From: Acidobacteriota bacterium
Lineage (GTDB): Bacteria; Acidobacteriota; Terriglobia; Acidiferrales; UBA7541
DNA: 46,848 bases
Direction: 5' to 3'
Assembly: GCA_003224195.1 (NCBI GenBank)
Contig: QHYP01000110.1
Span: 1 to 46,848 of the forward strand
Part shown: positions 18,767-29,273 of the stretch, piece after piece
Numbering within the stretch: position 1 is the stretch's first letter
Layout of the letters: the number at the start of each line of letters is the position of its first letter
The notes under the pieces: generated by a model
What the model saw: only the letters and a program-made list of their open reading frames with translations
What the model was told of the DNA's origin: nothing
Database searches by the model: none
Translations under genes and position numbers: made by a program

Positions 18767-19918
18767 ATGATTCCCTTTCCCATCGCATTCTTTGCCGGGC
18801 TTGCGTTGATCCTGTTTGTCGTCTGGGACGCCTTCGAGACCATCATTCTGCCCCGGCGTGTCACACGGCGCTTTCGTTTCACGCGCCTCTTCTACAAAAA
18901 CACTTGGCGCCTGTGGAAGTTGGCCGCGAGGCTTATCCCCTCGAAGAAAGCCCGCGAGTCACTGCTTGGCTTATTCGGACCCATTTCCCTGCTGATTCTT
19001 CTCGGTGTATGGGCGCTCGGCCTTATCTTTAGCTTCGGCTTGATGCATTACGGCGCAGGCTCAGCGGTCAATGTGGCGGGCACGGAACCGGGCTTCGTTG
19101 CGGATCTGTATCTCAGCGGCACGACGTTTTTCACGCTCGGGCTCGGCGACGTATTGCCGCGCTCGTCGCTGGCGCGGGCTCTCACGGTTACTGAGGCAGG
19201 AGTGGGCTTCGGATTCCTCGCGATCATCATCGGCTATCTACCTGTCATCTATCAGTCGTTTTCCCGCCGCGAAGTGAATATCTCGCTTCTCGATTCGCGC
19301 GCGGGTTCGCCGCCCACCGCCGGTGAGCTCCTCCGTCGCCACAGCTATCCCCATGGACATGAGGCATTGCGCGAGCTCCTTCAAGAATGGGAGCACTGGT
19401 CGGCCGACCTCATGGAAAGCCATCTTTCCTATCCCGTGCTGGCCTTCTTCCGCTCCCAGCACGACAACCAGTCCTGGATCGCCTCTCTGACCGCCATCCT
19501 CGACGCTTGCGCTCTTCTGATGGTCGGAATCGAAGGTGCCTGCGAACGCCAGGCCCAGCTCACCTTTGCGATCGCGCGCCACGCCGTCGCGGATCTCTCG
19601 CAAGTGTTCCGAACCGCCCCTCAGCCGCTTCCTCGAGAACGCCTCACCTCGGCCGATCTCGCCCGCATGCGCGACATCCTTGCTCAGCATGGCATGAAAC
19701 TGCGTGATGGCGAGGAAGCCGACCGGCGACTAGGAGAATTGCGCCGCATGTATGAGCCGTATCTTTATGCGCTCGGCAGCTACCTGAATCTCTCACTCCC
19801 GCCCTGGATTCCCGAGAAAAAGGGCAAGGACAACTGGCAGACCACGGCCTGGGCAAAAGCCGCAGGCGCCGCAGAGCAAGAAGAAGCAGCGGCGGCCGTC
19901 GCCGACGATCACGCCTGA
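18767..19918 (+). CDS. Two-TM potassium-channel-family membrane protein
   Basis: Pore-loop-like LYLSGTTFFTLGLGD flanked by TM helices, followed by YLPVIYQSFSRRE and ESHLSYPVL. Confidence 0.75.
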   Translation: MIPFPIAFFAGLALILFVVWDAFETIILPRRVTRRFRFTRLFYKNTWRLWKLAARLIPSKKARESLLGLFGPISLLILLGVWALGLIFSFGLMHYGAGSAVNVAGTEPGFVADLYLSGTTFFTLGLGDVLPRSSLARALTVTEAGVGFGFLAIIIGYLPVIYQSFSRREVNISLLDSRAGSPPTAGELLRRHSYPHGHEALRELLQEWEHWSADLMESHLSYPVLAFFRSQHDNQSWIASLTAILDACALLMVGIEGACERQAQLTFAIARHAVADLSQVFRTAPQPLPRERLTSADLARMRDILAQHGMKLRDGEEADRRLGELRRMYEPYLYALGSYLNLSLPPWIPEKKGKDNWQTTAWAKAAGAAEQEEAAAAVADDHA

Positions 19919-19968
19919 CATGCGCCGTTCTGTCTCAAATTTTCGGCAATTCCCAACGGGAGAGTTCC

Positions 19969-20931
19969 ATGAAAGCCATCCAAGTCCATGAATTCGGCGC
20001 GCCGGATGTGATGAAGCTCGAAGAAATTCCCACGCCGAAGCCCGGCCCGGGCCAGGTGCTCGTCCGCGTGAAAGCGGTAGGAGTCAACCCCTACGACACC
20101 TACATGAGGAGCGGCGGCTACGCGATCAAGCCTTCGCTGCCCTACACGCCCGGCAGCGACGCTGCTGGAACGGTGGAGACCGTCGGCGCTGGCGTTTCAC
20201 GCGTGAAGCCCGGCGCCCGCGTGTATACGGCACGCTCCATCACCGGCGCCTACGCCGAATTCGCACTCGCCCTCGAATCGCAGGTTCATCCGCTGCCCGA
20301 GTGCGCGTCGTTTGCCCAGGGCGCGGGAGTTTGGGTGCCTTATGGCACCGCCTATCACGCCCTGCATCACTTCGCGCACGCTTGCGCCGGTGAAGTCGTT
20401 CTAATTCACGGCGCCAGTGGCGGCGTTGGCACCGCGGCCGTGCAGATCGCCCGCGCCATGGGTCTGACCGTCTTCGGCACCGCCGGCACGGAGAAAGGCC
20501 TTGAACTCGCGAAGCGCGAAGGCGCCCATCAAGTTTTCGACCATCGCGCTTCCGGCTATCAGGAAAGCATCCTGAAGGCCGCCGGCGGCCGCGGTGTGGA
20601 TATCATTCTCGAAATGCTCGCCAACGTGAATCTCGGCGCCGATCTGAAGCTCCTGGCAACGAACGGCCGCGTCATTGTGATCGGCAGCCGCGGCGATGTG
20701 AACATCACTCCGCGCGACCTCATGTCTCGCAGAGGATCCATCCTGGCTTTCACTTTGTGGAGCATCTCCGAAACGGAAGAACGAGAAACGCACGCCGGCC
20801 TGATCGCCGGCCTGGAGAATGGCACGCTTCGGCCCGTGGTCGGCAAGGAGCTACCGCTCGCTGCGGCGGTTCAGGCGCACAAAGACGTTATGACTCCCGG
20901 CGCCTTCGGCAAGATCGTGCTGTTGCCCTGA
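19969..20931 (+). CDS. NADPH:quinone reductase (zeta-crystallin-like)
   Basis: GVNPYD, PYTPGSDAAG, GAYAE, VLIHGASGGVG, GKIVL. Confidence 0.9.
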   Translation: MKAIQVHEFGAPDVMKLEEIPTPKPGPGQVLVRVKAVGVNPYDTYMRSGGYAIKPSLPYTPGSDAAGTVETVGAGVSRVKPGARVYTARSITGAYAEFALALESQVHPLPECASFAQGAGVWVPYGTAYHALHHFAHACAGEVVLIHGASGGVGTAAVQIARAMGLTVFGTAGTEKGLELAKREGAHQVFDHRASGYQESILKAAGGRGVDIILEMLANVNLGADLKLLATNGRVIVIGSRGDVNITPRDLMSRRGSILAFTLWSISETEERETHAGLIAGLENGTLRPVVGKELPLAAAVQAHKDVMTPGAFGKIVLLP

Positions 20932-20977
20932 GATAATGTCGAAACCCGAGTTCTTCCTTTGCGTGCGCCGCGCCTCG

Positions 20978-21005
20978 TTGACATAGGGCGTGGCCGCCTT
21001 ATAAT
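20978..21005 (+). promoter_or_regulatory. Consensus sigma70 promoter for the GT2 gene
   Basis: Exact TTGACA-N16-TATAAT about 135 bp upstream of the CDS. Confidence 0.7.
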
Positions 21006-21138
21006 CATGACCGTGCAGGCGGTGCCGGCAAACATCGGCGCCGCTGCGGCAAATTTTCGTTCGCACGTCACGTGTTGGCGGCTGCGCCTCGCCGCGCAGC
21101 TCGCAAAATAAATTGAGCCGGCATAGGGAGCAGTTCAT

Positions 21139-22767
<1,629 letters not shown>

Positions 22768-22821
22768 ACACACCGCGGAACGGCATCATCCTGCCTCTCT
22801 CGCAGAGACGTTCTCGAAGCC

Positions 22822-23367
22822 TCACTTCTGTCGCGTCTGCTTCCCTCCCATCACCAGCTTCAGCGGCTCATCGGCCGCGCCCATTTCAAATTGGAAGGTC
22901 GCAGAATCCGGCGAGATCTGCCTCAACGTGAATCGCCCGCGCATGGCCTTCCCTTCCATCTTGCCCTCATTGTTCCAGGTCCACGTGCCCCCCTCCGCGC
23001 TCCCCCGGGAAAAGACGTTTTCGCCCAAGTTGTTTGTCTCAAAATAGACATAACTCTTCTCGGCGGCGTCATAGCCCATCACGCTGAGGCCCTTGACAGC
23101 GCCCTCGCCCATCTTTCCCTCGGAATGGCAAACGATGGCGAACCCGCCGGAAAACCACTCGCATGTTTCCACAAAGCTGAACTTCATCGCCGGACCGAAC
23201 GCGCTCGCTTTCGTTTCGCCTTCGGAAACCCATTTGCCCGCAAAATAGGCCAGCTTTTGATGTTCCGGACCCGGTTTGGGAGCTCCCGAGGGAGCCTGCG
23301 CTAATCCGCCTACCACACAGGCCGAAGCCAACACTGCGCCTACTAGAAGAAAGGTGTGTTTTTTCAT
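22822..23367 (-). CDS. Secreted DUF1579-like beta-barrel protein
   Basis: Signal peptide, PKPGPEHQKL..FAGKW, GYD...K.YV; strong SD GGAGGAG. Confidence 0.7.
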   Translation of the reverse strand: MKKHTFLLVGAVLASACVVGGLAQAPSGAPKPGPEHQKLAYFAGKWVSEGETKASAFGPAMKFSFVETCEWFSGGFAIVCHSEGKMGEGAVKGLSVMGYDAAEKSYVYFETNNLGENVFSRGSAEGGTWTWNNEGKMEGKAMRGRFTLRQISPDSATFQFEMGAADEPLKLVMGGKQTRQK

Positions 23368-23534
23368 GTGCTCCTCCGCTGAGATGTTGTGGTCCTAGAG
23401 GTTGGCGCACGCCACACACAGTACAGAGGGTTGGTGTCCTCGCCGTAACGTCGTGCGCTATCCTACCATGTCATGCAAATGGCAGAAGCCGCGCCCGGGC
23501 AGTTATTTATACACTCCACGCTTCGCTGGAATCA

Positions 23535-23564
23535 TTGACAGCCCTGCCCGCTCAAACCTAGGCT
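23535..23564 (+). promoter_or_regulatory. Sigma70-like promoter
   Basis: TTGACA-N18-TAGGCT just upstream of the structured leader at 23579. Confidence 0.5.
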
Positions 23565-23578
23565 TGTAATAAGGAGCT

Positions 23579-23695
23579 TTCCTCGGCTACGCCTGGCTGT
23601 CCAACCGTGTGGGAACTGCTGCTGAGGTTCGCGGCATGCCGACCACACATCAGTCGGGACGGCCGGAACGCTACTAGCCGGGGCGTATCGAGGAA
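23579..23695 (+). ncRNA. Candidate structured leader or small RNA (no family recognised)
   Basis: Nested complementary segments TTCCTCG/CGAGGAA, TACGCC/GGCGTA, CTGGCTGTCC/GGACGGCCGG, GTGTGG/CCACAC and TGCTGC/GCGGCA. Confidence 0.45.
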
Positions 23696-23698
23696 CGT

Positions 23699-24037
23699 AT
23701 GGCTGCTTCCTATCAGACACTTCCGGCAAACAAGCGTCACTGTCCTTTCTGCGGCGTGCTCATTGCCATGAATCTGTCTCAGTGCCCCTCGTGCCGCGAA
23801 GCGGTTCCACCGGTCTCTGTCGCTTACCGTTCCAGCCCCGATGGCCGCCGAGCCATTCGCCGCGGTCTGCTTTATATGCTCCTGGCCGCCGTGGCGTACT
23901 ACTTCGCGAGCGGCTACGGCGGCTACAGCCTTCCGATCCAAGTCAAACCTCTGGTTACGGACTATCTCCTTCCGGTGCTGTTCCTCGCCGGCCTGGGACT
24001 GAGTCTTTACGGCGCATTCCAGCGCATCCGCGCGTGA
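23699..24037 (+). CDS. Small membrane protein with N-terminal zinc ribbon
   Basis: CPFC-x10-CPSC followed by two hydrophobic helices; SD GAGGA. Confidence 0.7.
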   Translation: MAASYQTLPANKRHCPFCGVLIAMNLSQCPSCREAVPPVSVAYRSSPDGRRAIRRGLLYMLLAAVAYYFASGYGGYSLPIQVKPLVTDYLLPVLFLAGLGLSLYGAFQRIRA

Positions 24038-24086
24038 CCCTGGGCCAGACTGCACCATTTCCTCGACCTCAGAGGCATGGCTGAAC

Positions 24087-24713
24087 GTGTCCTTTCTCCT
24101 CGACCTTATGCTGTCTTTCCTCCCGCCGCGTTATCGCAGCGCATGGCGCCATTCCGCGAGCGGTTCGCTTGTCCGCGCCGCAGCCGTCTCGGGTTTCCTT
24201 GAAATGGTGGCCTTCGGCACGCTGTACATCGTTGGCTTTGTCAGTGCCTTTACGCACCTGGCTGTTATCGGTCCACTGGCTTTCGTCGAGTATCTCTTCT
24301 ATCCGAAGTCGTGGCCCCTGGCGTTCTTCTTCTTCGACGGCACAATCCGCTGGCTCACGTCGCTTTCCGGACAGGCCGTCGGCTCGCTCGCGCTCTATCC
24401 GGCCGCCTGGATTCATGGCTGGCTCGAGCGCCGCGCGGAGCGCCGCCGCCGCGGCCCGAAGGTCCCCGACATCATCGAGCGCGGCGACGGTACGCGTTAC
24501 GAACTGCGCATCTCTTCCTGCCGCCCCAAGGGCAACTGGGACAAGTGGATGACCGTCATGTATGAAGAAAGGCTCTATGAAATCGCGGCAGCGGAATTGG
24601 GCCAGCCGCCTCGCCCTTACCTCTATCTGCTGCGCACCAAGCCTGAATCAAAAGTCATTCGCGGCCTGCATCGCTATGACCCGAATGAAGTTTTCCAGGA
24701 AGAGTGGCCTTGA
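24087..24713 (+). CDS. Hypothetical membrane protein
   Basis: 208-aa ORF with hydrophobic N-terminal half and soluble C-terminal half; co-oriented with neighbours and fills the gap. Confidence 0.65.
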   Translation: MSFLLDLMLSFLPPRYRSAWRHSASGSLVRAAAVSGFLEMVAFGTLYIVGFVSAFTHLAVIGPLAFVEYLFYPKSWPLAFFFFDGTIRWLTSLSGQAVGSLALYPAAWIHGWLERRAERRRRGPKVPDIIERGDGTRYELRISSCRPKGNWDKWMTVMYEERLYEIAAAELGQPPRPYLYLLRTKPESKVIRGLHRYDPNEVFQEEWP

Positions 24714-24796
24714 ATCCGTTGGCTGGATCGCAGCAGATTCCTATAGAATCTCGGATTCACGAACGGCGGTCGCCAACAGTAGGTTAACGAGGTGAA

Positions 24797-26230
24797 ATGA
24801 TGCGCGATGCGCGCTGGTGGTCTGGCTTGTCTCTCAATCCCTCCAAGGCCGCGATTGCGGCCGCGATAGGTCTTAGCATTGCCTGCGTCACTCCGCCTGC
24901 GCGTGCCCAGGAACGCCGCGACCGCGAGCCGAACAGCGTCTATGCCGACCGCCGCGCTAAGCTCGCGGCCCAGGTGGATGCACCGATAGTTCTCTTTGGC
25001 TTCACCGGCCGCGAAGAGTCCGCGCAAACCTACATGTTTGAACAGGAAGAGAATTTCTACTACCTGACCGGGCACAACGAGGAGGGCGCCGCCCTGCTGA
25101 TCCTCCCTAAAGGCAGAGAGGACACCGCAAAGGGCAACCAGGAAGGACTGACCGAGATTCTCTTCCTCCCGCCCAAAAATCCGCAGAAGGAAAGATGGAA
25201 CGGCGTGCGAATGTCGCCAGATGAGCCGGGAATCCACGAAAAAACCGGCTTCGCGGTAGTTCGCCTGTTTCCCGAGCTCCGCGCCGAGGTCGAGAAACTC
25301 GCCCGGAGTCATTCGAGCTTTTTCACGATTCTCCCCTACGAAAAGGAGCTCGGCGGCTACCCGCACGAAAAGGAATGGACCGCCTGGCTTGCCGAAGTGG
25401 CTCCGCAGGTCAAGCTGAAAGACATCCGCCCGCAAGTTAGCTCACTGCGCCAGGTCAAATCAGCGGGCGAAATCGCTTTCCTGCAGCGCGCCGTTGACCT
25501 CAGCGTGGACTCGCATTTAGAAGCCATGCGCATAATGCGGCCGGGCCTGTTCGAGTATCAGGTCGCGTCCCGCATGGTGGAAATCCACACCATGGGAGGC
25601 TCCGAAGCCGAAGGCTATGCGCCCATCGTCGGAGCCGGGTTCAATTCCACTGTCCTCCACTACGACAAGCTGGCGCGCAAAATCGAAGACGGCGACGTCG
25701 TCTTGCTCGACGTCGGCGCACAATTCTCCGGATACTCCGCGGACATTACGAGAACTCTTCCTGCCAATGGCAAATTCACGCCGCGGCAGCGCGAAATTTA
25801 TGAAATCGTGCTGGGCGCGCAGAACGCCGCGCTGGCCGCGGTAAAGCCGGGTATGGACTTCTGCCGCAAAGGCGACAACAGCCTCTACAAAATCGCGTAC
25901 GACTACATCAATTCCCACGGCCAGGACCGCAATGGCCAACCGCTCGGCCAGTATTTCATTCACGGCCTGGGCCATAATATCGGCCTCAACGTCCATGACC
26001 CCGGCGAGTCCTGCAAACCGCTCGTGCCCGGCATGGTCATCACCATCGAGCCGGGGATTTACATGCCGGAGGAAAATCTCGGTGTGCGCCTAGAGGACGA
26101 CGTGCTCGTCACCGAAACAGGCCACAAGGTTCTCAGCGAGCGCCTGCCGCGCGATCCGGAGGCAATTGAAAGAATCATGGCCGAAGCCGCAAAGCAGCGC
26201 TCCCGCAGTCGATTAACAGGCGACGATTAG
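24797..26230 (+). CDS. pepP: Xaa-Pro aminopeptidase (M24B) with signal-like N-terminus
   Basis: NFYYLTG, RQVKS, LHY, LLDVG, YSADITRT.P, HGLGH.IGL.VHD, TIEPGIY, GVRLEDD. Confidence 0.9.
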   Translation: MMRDARWWSGLSLNPSKAAIAAAIGLSIACVTPPARAQERRDREPNSVYADRRAKLAAQVDAPIVLFGFTGREESAQTYMFEQEENFYYLTGHNEEGAALLILPKGREDTAKGNQEGLTEILFLPPKNPQKERWNGVRMSPDEPGIHEKTGFAVVRLFPELRAEVEKLARSHSSFFTILPYEKELGGYPHEKEWTAWLAEVAPQVKLKDIRPQVSSLRQVKSAGEIAFLQRAVDLSVDSHLEAMRIMRPGLFEYQVASRMVEIHTMGGSEAEGYAPIVGAGFNSTVLHYDKLARKIEDGDVVLLDVGAQFSGYSADITRTLPANGKFTPRQREIYEIVLGAQNAALAAVKPGMDFCRKGDNSLYKIAYDYINSHGQDRNGQPLGQYFIHGLGHNIGLNVHDPGESCKPLVPGMVITIEPGIYMPEENLGVRLEDDVLVTETGHKVLSERLPRDPEAIERIMAEAAKQRSRSRLTGDD

Positions 26231-26430
26231 TGAAGCGGACCGGTTGACCCGGAAGAAGATGGGCCATTATACTTTTCTTCCCGCCGGGAAAGGAATGTAA
26301 TCCGGCGTATCTCGTGTCATTCCCTTAGGCGCCGCACGCATAAGTTGCCCGGCTGGCTGCCCGCCTGCTGGAATTTCCGAAGCGAATCTGGGAGCCGTTG
26401 GCCGCGGCTTGGTCGGGGTCGCACAAAACG

Positions 26431-26994
26431 ATGAGCAGCGTCAAAGCCACACAACTCCGCCCCGGCATGGTGATCCAGCACGAGGGCCAGCTTTTCACGG
26501 TCTTCAGCACCGAGCACCGCACGCCCGGCAACAAGCGCGGCTCGATGCAGACGCGTATGAAGAATCTCCGCACCGGGGCCATCATCGACTACCGGTTCCG
26601 CGCGGAAGAGTTCGTCGAGCGCGCCTTTCTCGACGAGGTCGAGTTTGAGTACCTCTATAATGAAGGCGATGCCTATCACTTCATGAATACGGAAACCTAC
26701 GAACAAATCCAGCTCACGAAGAACGAGCTCGGTGAATCCGTGTACTATCTGATTCCCAATACCGTCGTCAAAGTCGAATTCTTCGAGAACAAACCCATCG
26801 GCCTGGATCTGCCGGACACGATTGATCTGACCGTTGTGCATACCGAACCGACGGTACAGAAGGCCACCGCCAGCGCGGTGATGAAACCCGCGAGGCTCGA
26901 AACGGGGTTGGTGATTCAGGTGCCGCCATTTGTGAATAACGGCGACCGCGTGAAAGTGGATACGTCCGAAGCGCGCTACGTCCAGCGCGTGTAA
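26431..26994 (+). CDS. efp: Elongation factor P
   Basis: ATQLRPGM, TPGNKRG loop, YLY, HFMN.ETYEQ, KPARLETG, QVPPFV..GD.VKVDT, YVQRV. Confidence 0.95.
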   Translation: MSSVKATQLRPGMVIQHEGQLFTVFSTEHRTPGNKRGSMQTRMKNLRTGAIIDYRFRAEEFVERAFLDEVEFEYLYNEGDAYHFMNTETYEQIQLTKNELGESVYYLIPNTVVKVEFFENKPIGLDLPDTIDLTVVHTEPTVQKATASAVMKPARLETGLVIQVPPFVNNGDRVKVDTSEARYVQRV

Positions 26995-27047
26995 AGGTTC
27001 CCGCCTCCGCAGCCTGCGCGCACCCGGGCGAGCAGGAAGAGGCAACC

Positions 27048-27084
27048 AGGCGGTCCGGTTCTGACCGGACCGCCTTTCCCTTTT
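27048..27084 (+). terminator. Intrinsic terminator between convergent efp and purB
   Basis: Perfect 12-bp stem AGGCGGTCCGGT-TCTG-ACCGGACCGCCT followed by TTCCCTTTT. Confidence 0.75.
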
Positions 27085-28412
27085 CAGCTTTGGGCTCGCT
27101 TCGCAGCCGACTTTTCGCCGAAAACGCGGGCGAAGATCGCATCAACGTAGCGAAGTTGGCGCTTCAGGTCAAAGGTGTGTTCGACCGCCTTCATGTCGAG
27201 ATACTTCGTGATGCGCGCATCGGCCGCGACGCGCTCCCGGAAGCTCGACTCCGTCTCCCACGCGGCCATGGCGTTTTCCTGAACGGCCTTGTACGCATCG
27301 TCGCGCGGCATACCCTTCTCCACCAGGTCCTGCAAGAGTTGCCCGGAGAAAATCAGGCCGCGCGTCGCTTCGAGATTGCGGAGCATGCGCTCTGGAAACA
27401 CGCGCATCTCCGAGATGATGGTCGTCATCTTGGCCAGCATGTAGTCCACGAGAATGGTTGAATCGGGCAGGATGATGCGCTCGACCGAGCTGTGCGAGAT
27501 GTCGCGCTCGTGCCAGAGGGGCACATTCTCGAACGCGGCGATGAGGTTCGAGCGCACGAGCCGGGCAAGACCGCAGATCTGCTCGCAGCTCACCGGATTG
27601 CGCTTGTGCGGCATGGCGGAGCTGCCGCGCTGTTCCTCGGCGAACGGCTCCTCGGCTTCTCGGACCTCCGTGCGCTGCAGGTGCCGGATTTCAAGGGCGA
27701 TCTTTTCCAGCGTGGCCGCGATGAGGGCCAGCGCGCTCATGTAATGAGCGTGGCGGTCGCGCTGAATCACCTGCGACGCGACAGGAGCGACGTTCAGTCC
27801 GAGGCGCTGGCAAATACGCTCCTCCACGTCTGGACCGAGGTGCGAAGCGGTGCCCACGGCGCCTGATATTTTGCCCACGGCCATTTGCGCCGCCGCGTTG
27901 CGGAAGCGCTCCTGATTGCGCTGATTCTCCGCGTACCAATTCGCGATCTTGAGTCCGAAGGTGATGGGCTCGGCGTGAATCCCGTGCGTGCGGCCGATCT
28001 GCGGTGTGTGACGAAACTCCTGTGCCCGGAGTGCAAGGATGTCGCCGAATTCCGTGAGGCCGCGCTCGATAAGGCGGGACGCGTCGCGGACGAGAAGCGC
28101 CTGCGCTGTGTCCACGACGTCGTTCGACGTCAGGCCATGGTGCAGCCAGCGCGCCGCTGACGCATCGCCGATGGATTCGCCGACAGACATCGTGAAGGCA
28201 ATGACGTCGTGTTTCACGCGCGATTCGAGCTCGTGGATGCGCTGCACGTTGATTTTGGCCCGCTCGCGAATTGCGGCAGCCGCGGCGCGCGGAACCTGGC
28301 CCGCATCGGCGAGTGTCTCCGTAGCGGCCAGCTCGACCTCGAGCCACTTCGCGAACCGGTTCGCGTCGCCCCAGACGCGGCCCATCTCTTCACGCGTATA
28401 GCGAGGTATCAA
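27084..28412 (-). CDS. purB: Adenylosuccinate lyase
   Basis: [58 protein letters not shown] start with GGAG SD. Confidence 0.97.
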   Translation of the reverse strand: MIPRYTREEMGRVWGDANRFAKWLEVELAATETLADAGQVPRAAAAAIRERAKINVQRIHELESRVKHDVIAFTMSVGESIGDASAARWLHHGLTSNDVVDTAQALLVRDASRLIERGLTEFGDILALRAQEFRHTPQIGRTHGIHAEPITFGLKIANWYAENQRNQERFRNAAAQMAVGKISGAVGTASHLGPDVEERICQRLGLNVAPVASQVIQRDRHAHYMSALALIAATLEKIALEIRHLQRTEVREAEEPFAEEQRGSSAMPHKRNPVSCEQICGLARLVRSNLIAAFENVPLWHERDISHSSVERIILPDSTILVDYMLAKMTTIISEMRVFPERMLRNLEATRGLIFSGQLLQDLVEKGMPRDDAYKAVQENAMAAWETESSFRERVAADARITKYLDMKAVEHTFDLKRQLRYVDAIFARVFGEKSAAKRAQS

Positions 28413-28575
28413 TTTTTGCTCCCGGAATGGCCATCTCTCCGGCTACCGAAGTCAGCCGGTGAATAGACCAAATGCAGTTCTGGCGGGGTCAATCCCTTAG
28501 CAATGATACCGTACTTTCCGGCCACCTCGGTGGCGGCAGGGTACCTGAGCGCCCTCACCTGGCCACCGGCGAACC

Positions 28576-28602
28576 TAACCGACAAGCCGGGAATCTGTCT
28601 AA
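28576..28602 (+). promoter_or_regulatory. Candidate ECF-type (auto)promoter
   Basis: TAACC-N16-GTCTAA ending 8 nt before ATG 28611, similar to ECF AAC...GTC promoters. Confidence 0.4.
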
Positions 28603-28610
28603 TGATTCGG

Positions 28611-29273
28611 ATGGAGAGCGCCGAGCGGACGGGAGGCGGCGATGCCGCCGCGGTGGAGCGCACGCTGGCTGGCGACCGGGATGCCTTTCGAGTGCTGGTC
28701 GAGCGGCACAGCCGCGGCTTGTTCCGGCTGGCGTATCGCATGACGGGGAATACGCACGACGCCGAAGAGATTGTTCAGGAGGCATTTCTGCGTGCTTACC
28801 AAAAACTTGGGCGCTTCGAGTCGCGGTCGAACTTTGGAACATGGCTCTTCCGCATCGCCGCGAACATTTCTGTCGACCGGCTGCGCAAACGGAAAAGCGA
28901 AGAGGCGCACCGGGAGTTGCCGAGTCAAACCCTAGACGGTGACGCAGTCTCTCCGGCGGAGCTGGTTGCGGACGAGCGGCCCGCACCGGATCGCATGGCG
29001 CTGAGCATGGAATTGCAGAAGAAGATGCGCGCGGCGATGGAAGAGTTAACGCCGGCCGAGCGCACCGCGTTTGTGATGCGCCACTGGGAAGGCTGCCGGA
29101 TCGAAGAGATCGCGCGGACGCTGCGCCTCCGGCCGGGTGCCGCAAAAAACACCGTCTTTCGGGCCATTCAGAAGTTGCGGCGCTCGCTTGAGCCGTTTGT
29201 CGCACCGCGGGGAGCGAGTGCTGCGCGGGCTTTCGCGAAGATTTGTGACGCTGCCCCGGAGAACGATGGATGA
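28611..29273 (+). CDS. ECF RNA polymerase sigma factor
   Basis: GDRDAF..LV.RH, DAEEIVQEAFLRAY, FGTWLFRIA.N, region 4 ERTAFVMRHWEG..IEEIA. The start may be 28602. Confidence 0.93.
   Translation: MESAERTGGGDAAAVERTLAGDRDAFRVLVERHSRGLFRLAYRMTGNTHDAEEIVQEAFLRAYQKLGRFESRSNFGTWLFRIAANISVDRLRKRKSEEAHRELPSQTLDGDAVSPAELVADERPAPDRMALSMELQKKMRAAMEELTPAERTAFVMRHWEGCRIEEIARTLRLRPGAAKNTVFRAIQKLRRSLEPFVAPRGASAARAFAKICDAAPENDG

Noticed and set aside
21007-21111. 34-codon uORF upstream of the GT2 gene
   Set aside because: Its ATG is 1 nt after the -10 hexamer, upstream of the expected TSS, and has no SD.
23579-23695. Assignment of the hairpin RNA as SRP RNA, 6S RNA or tRNA-Sec
   Set aside because: No SRP domain IV motif (CAGG..GGAA..AGCAG), shorter than typical 6S, and no UCA anticodon arm or T-loop.
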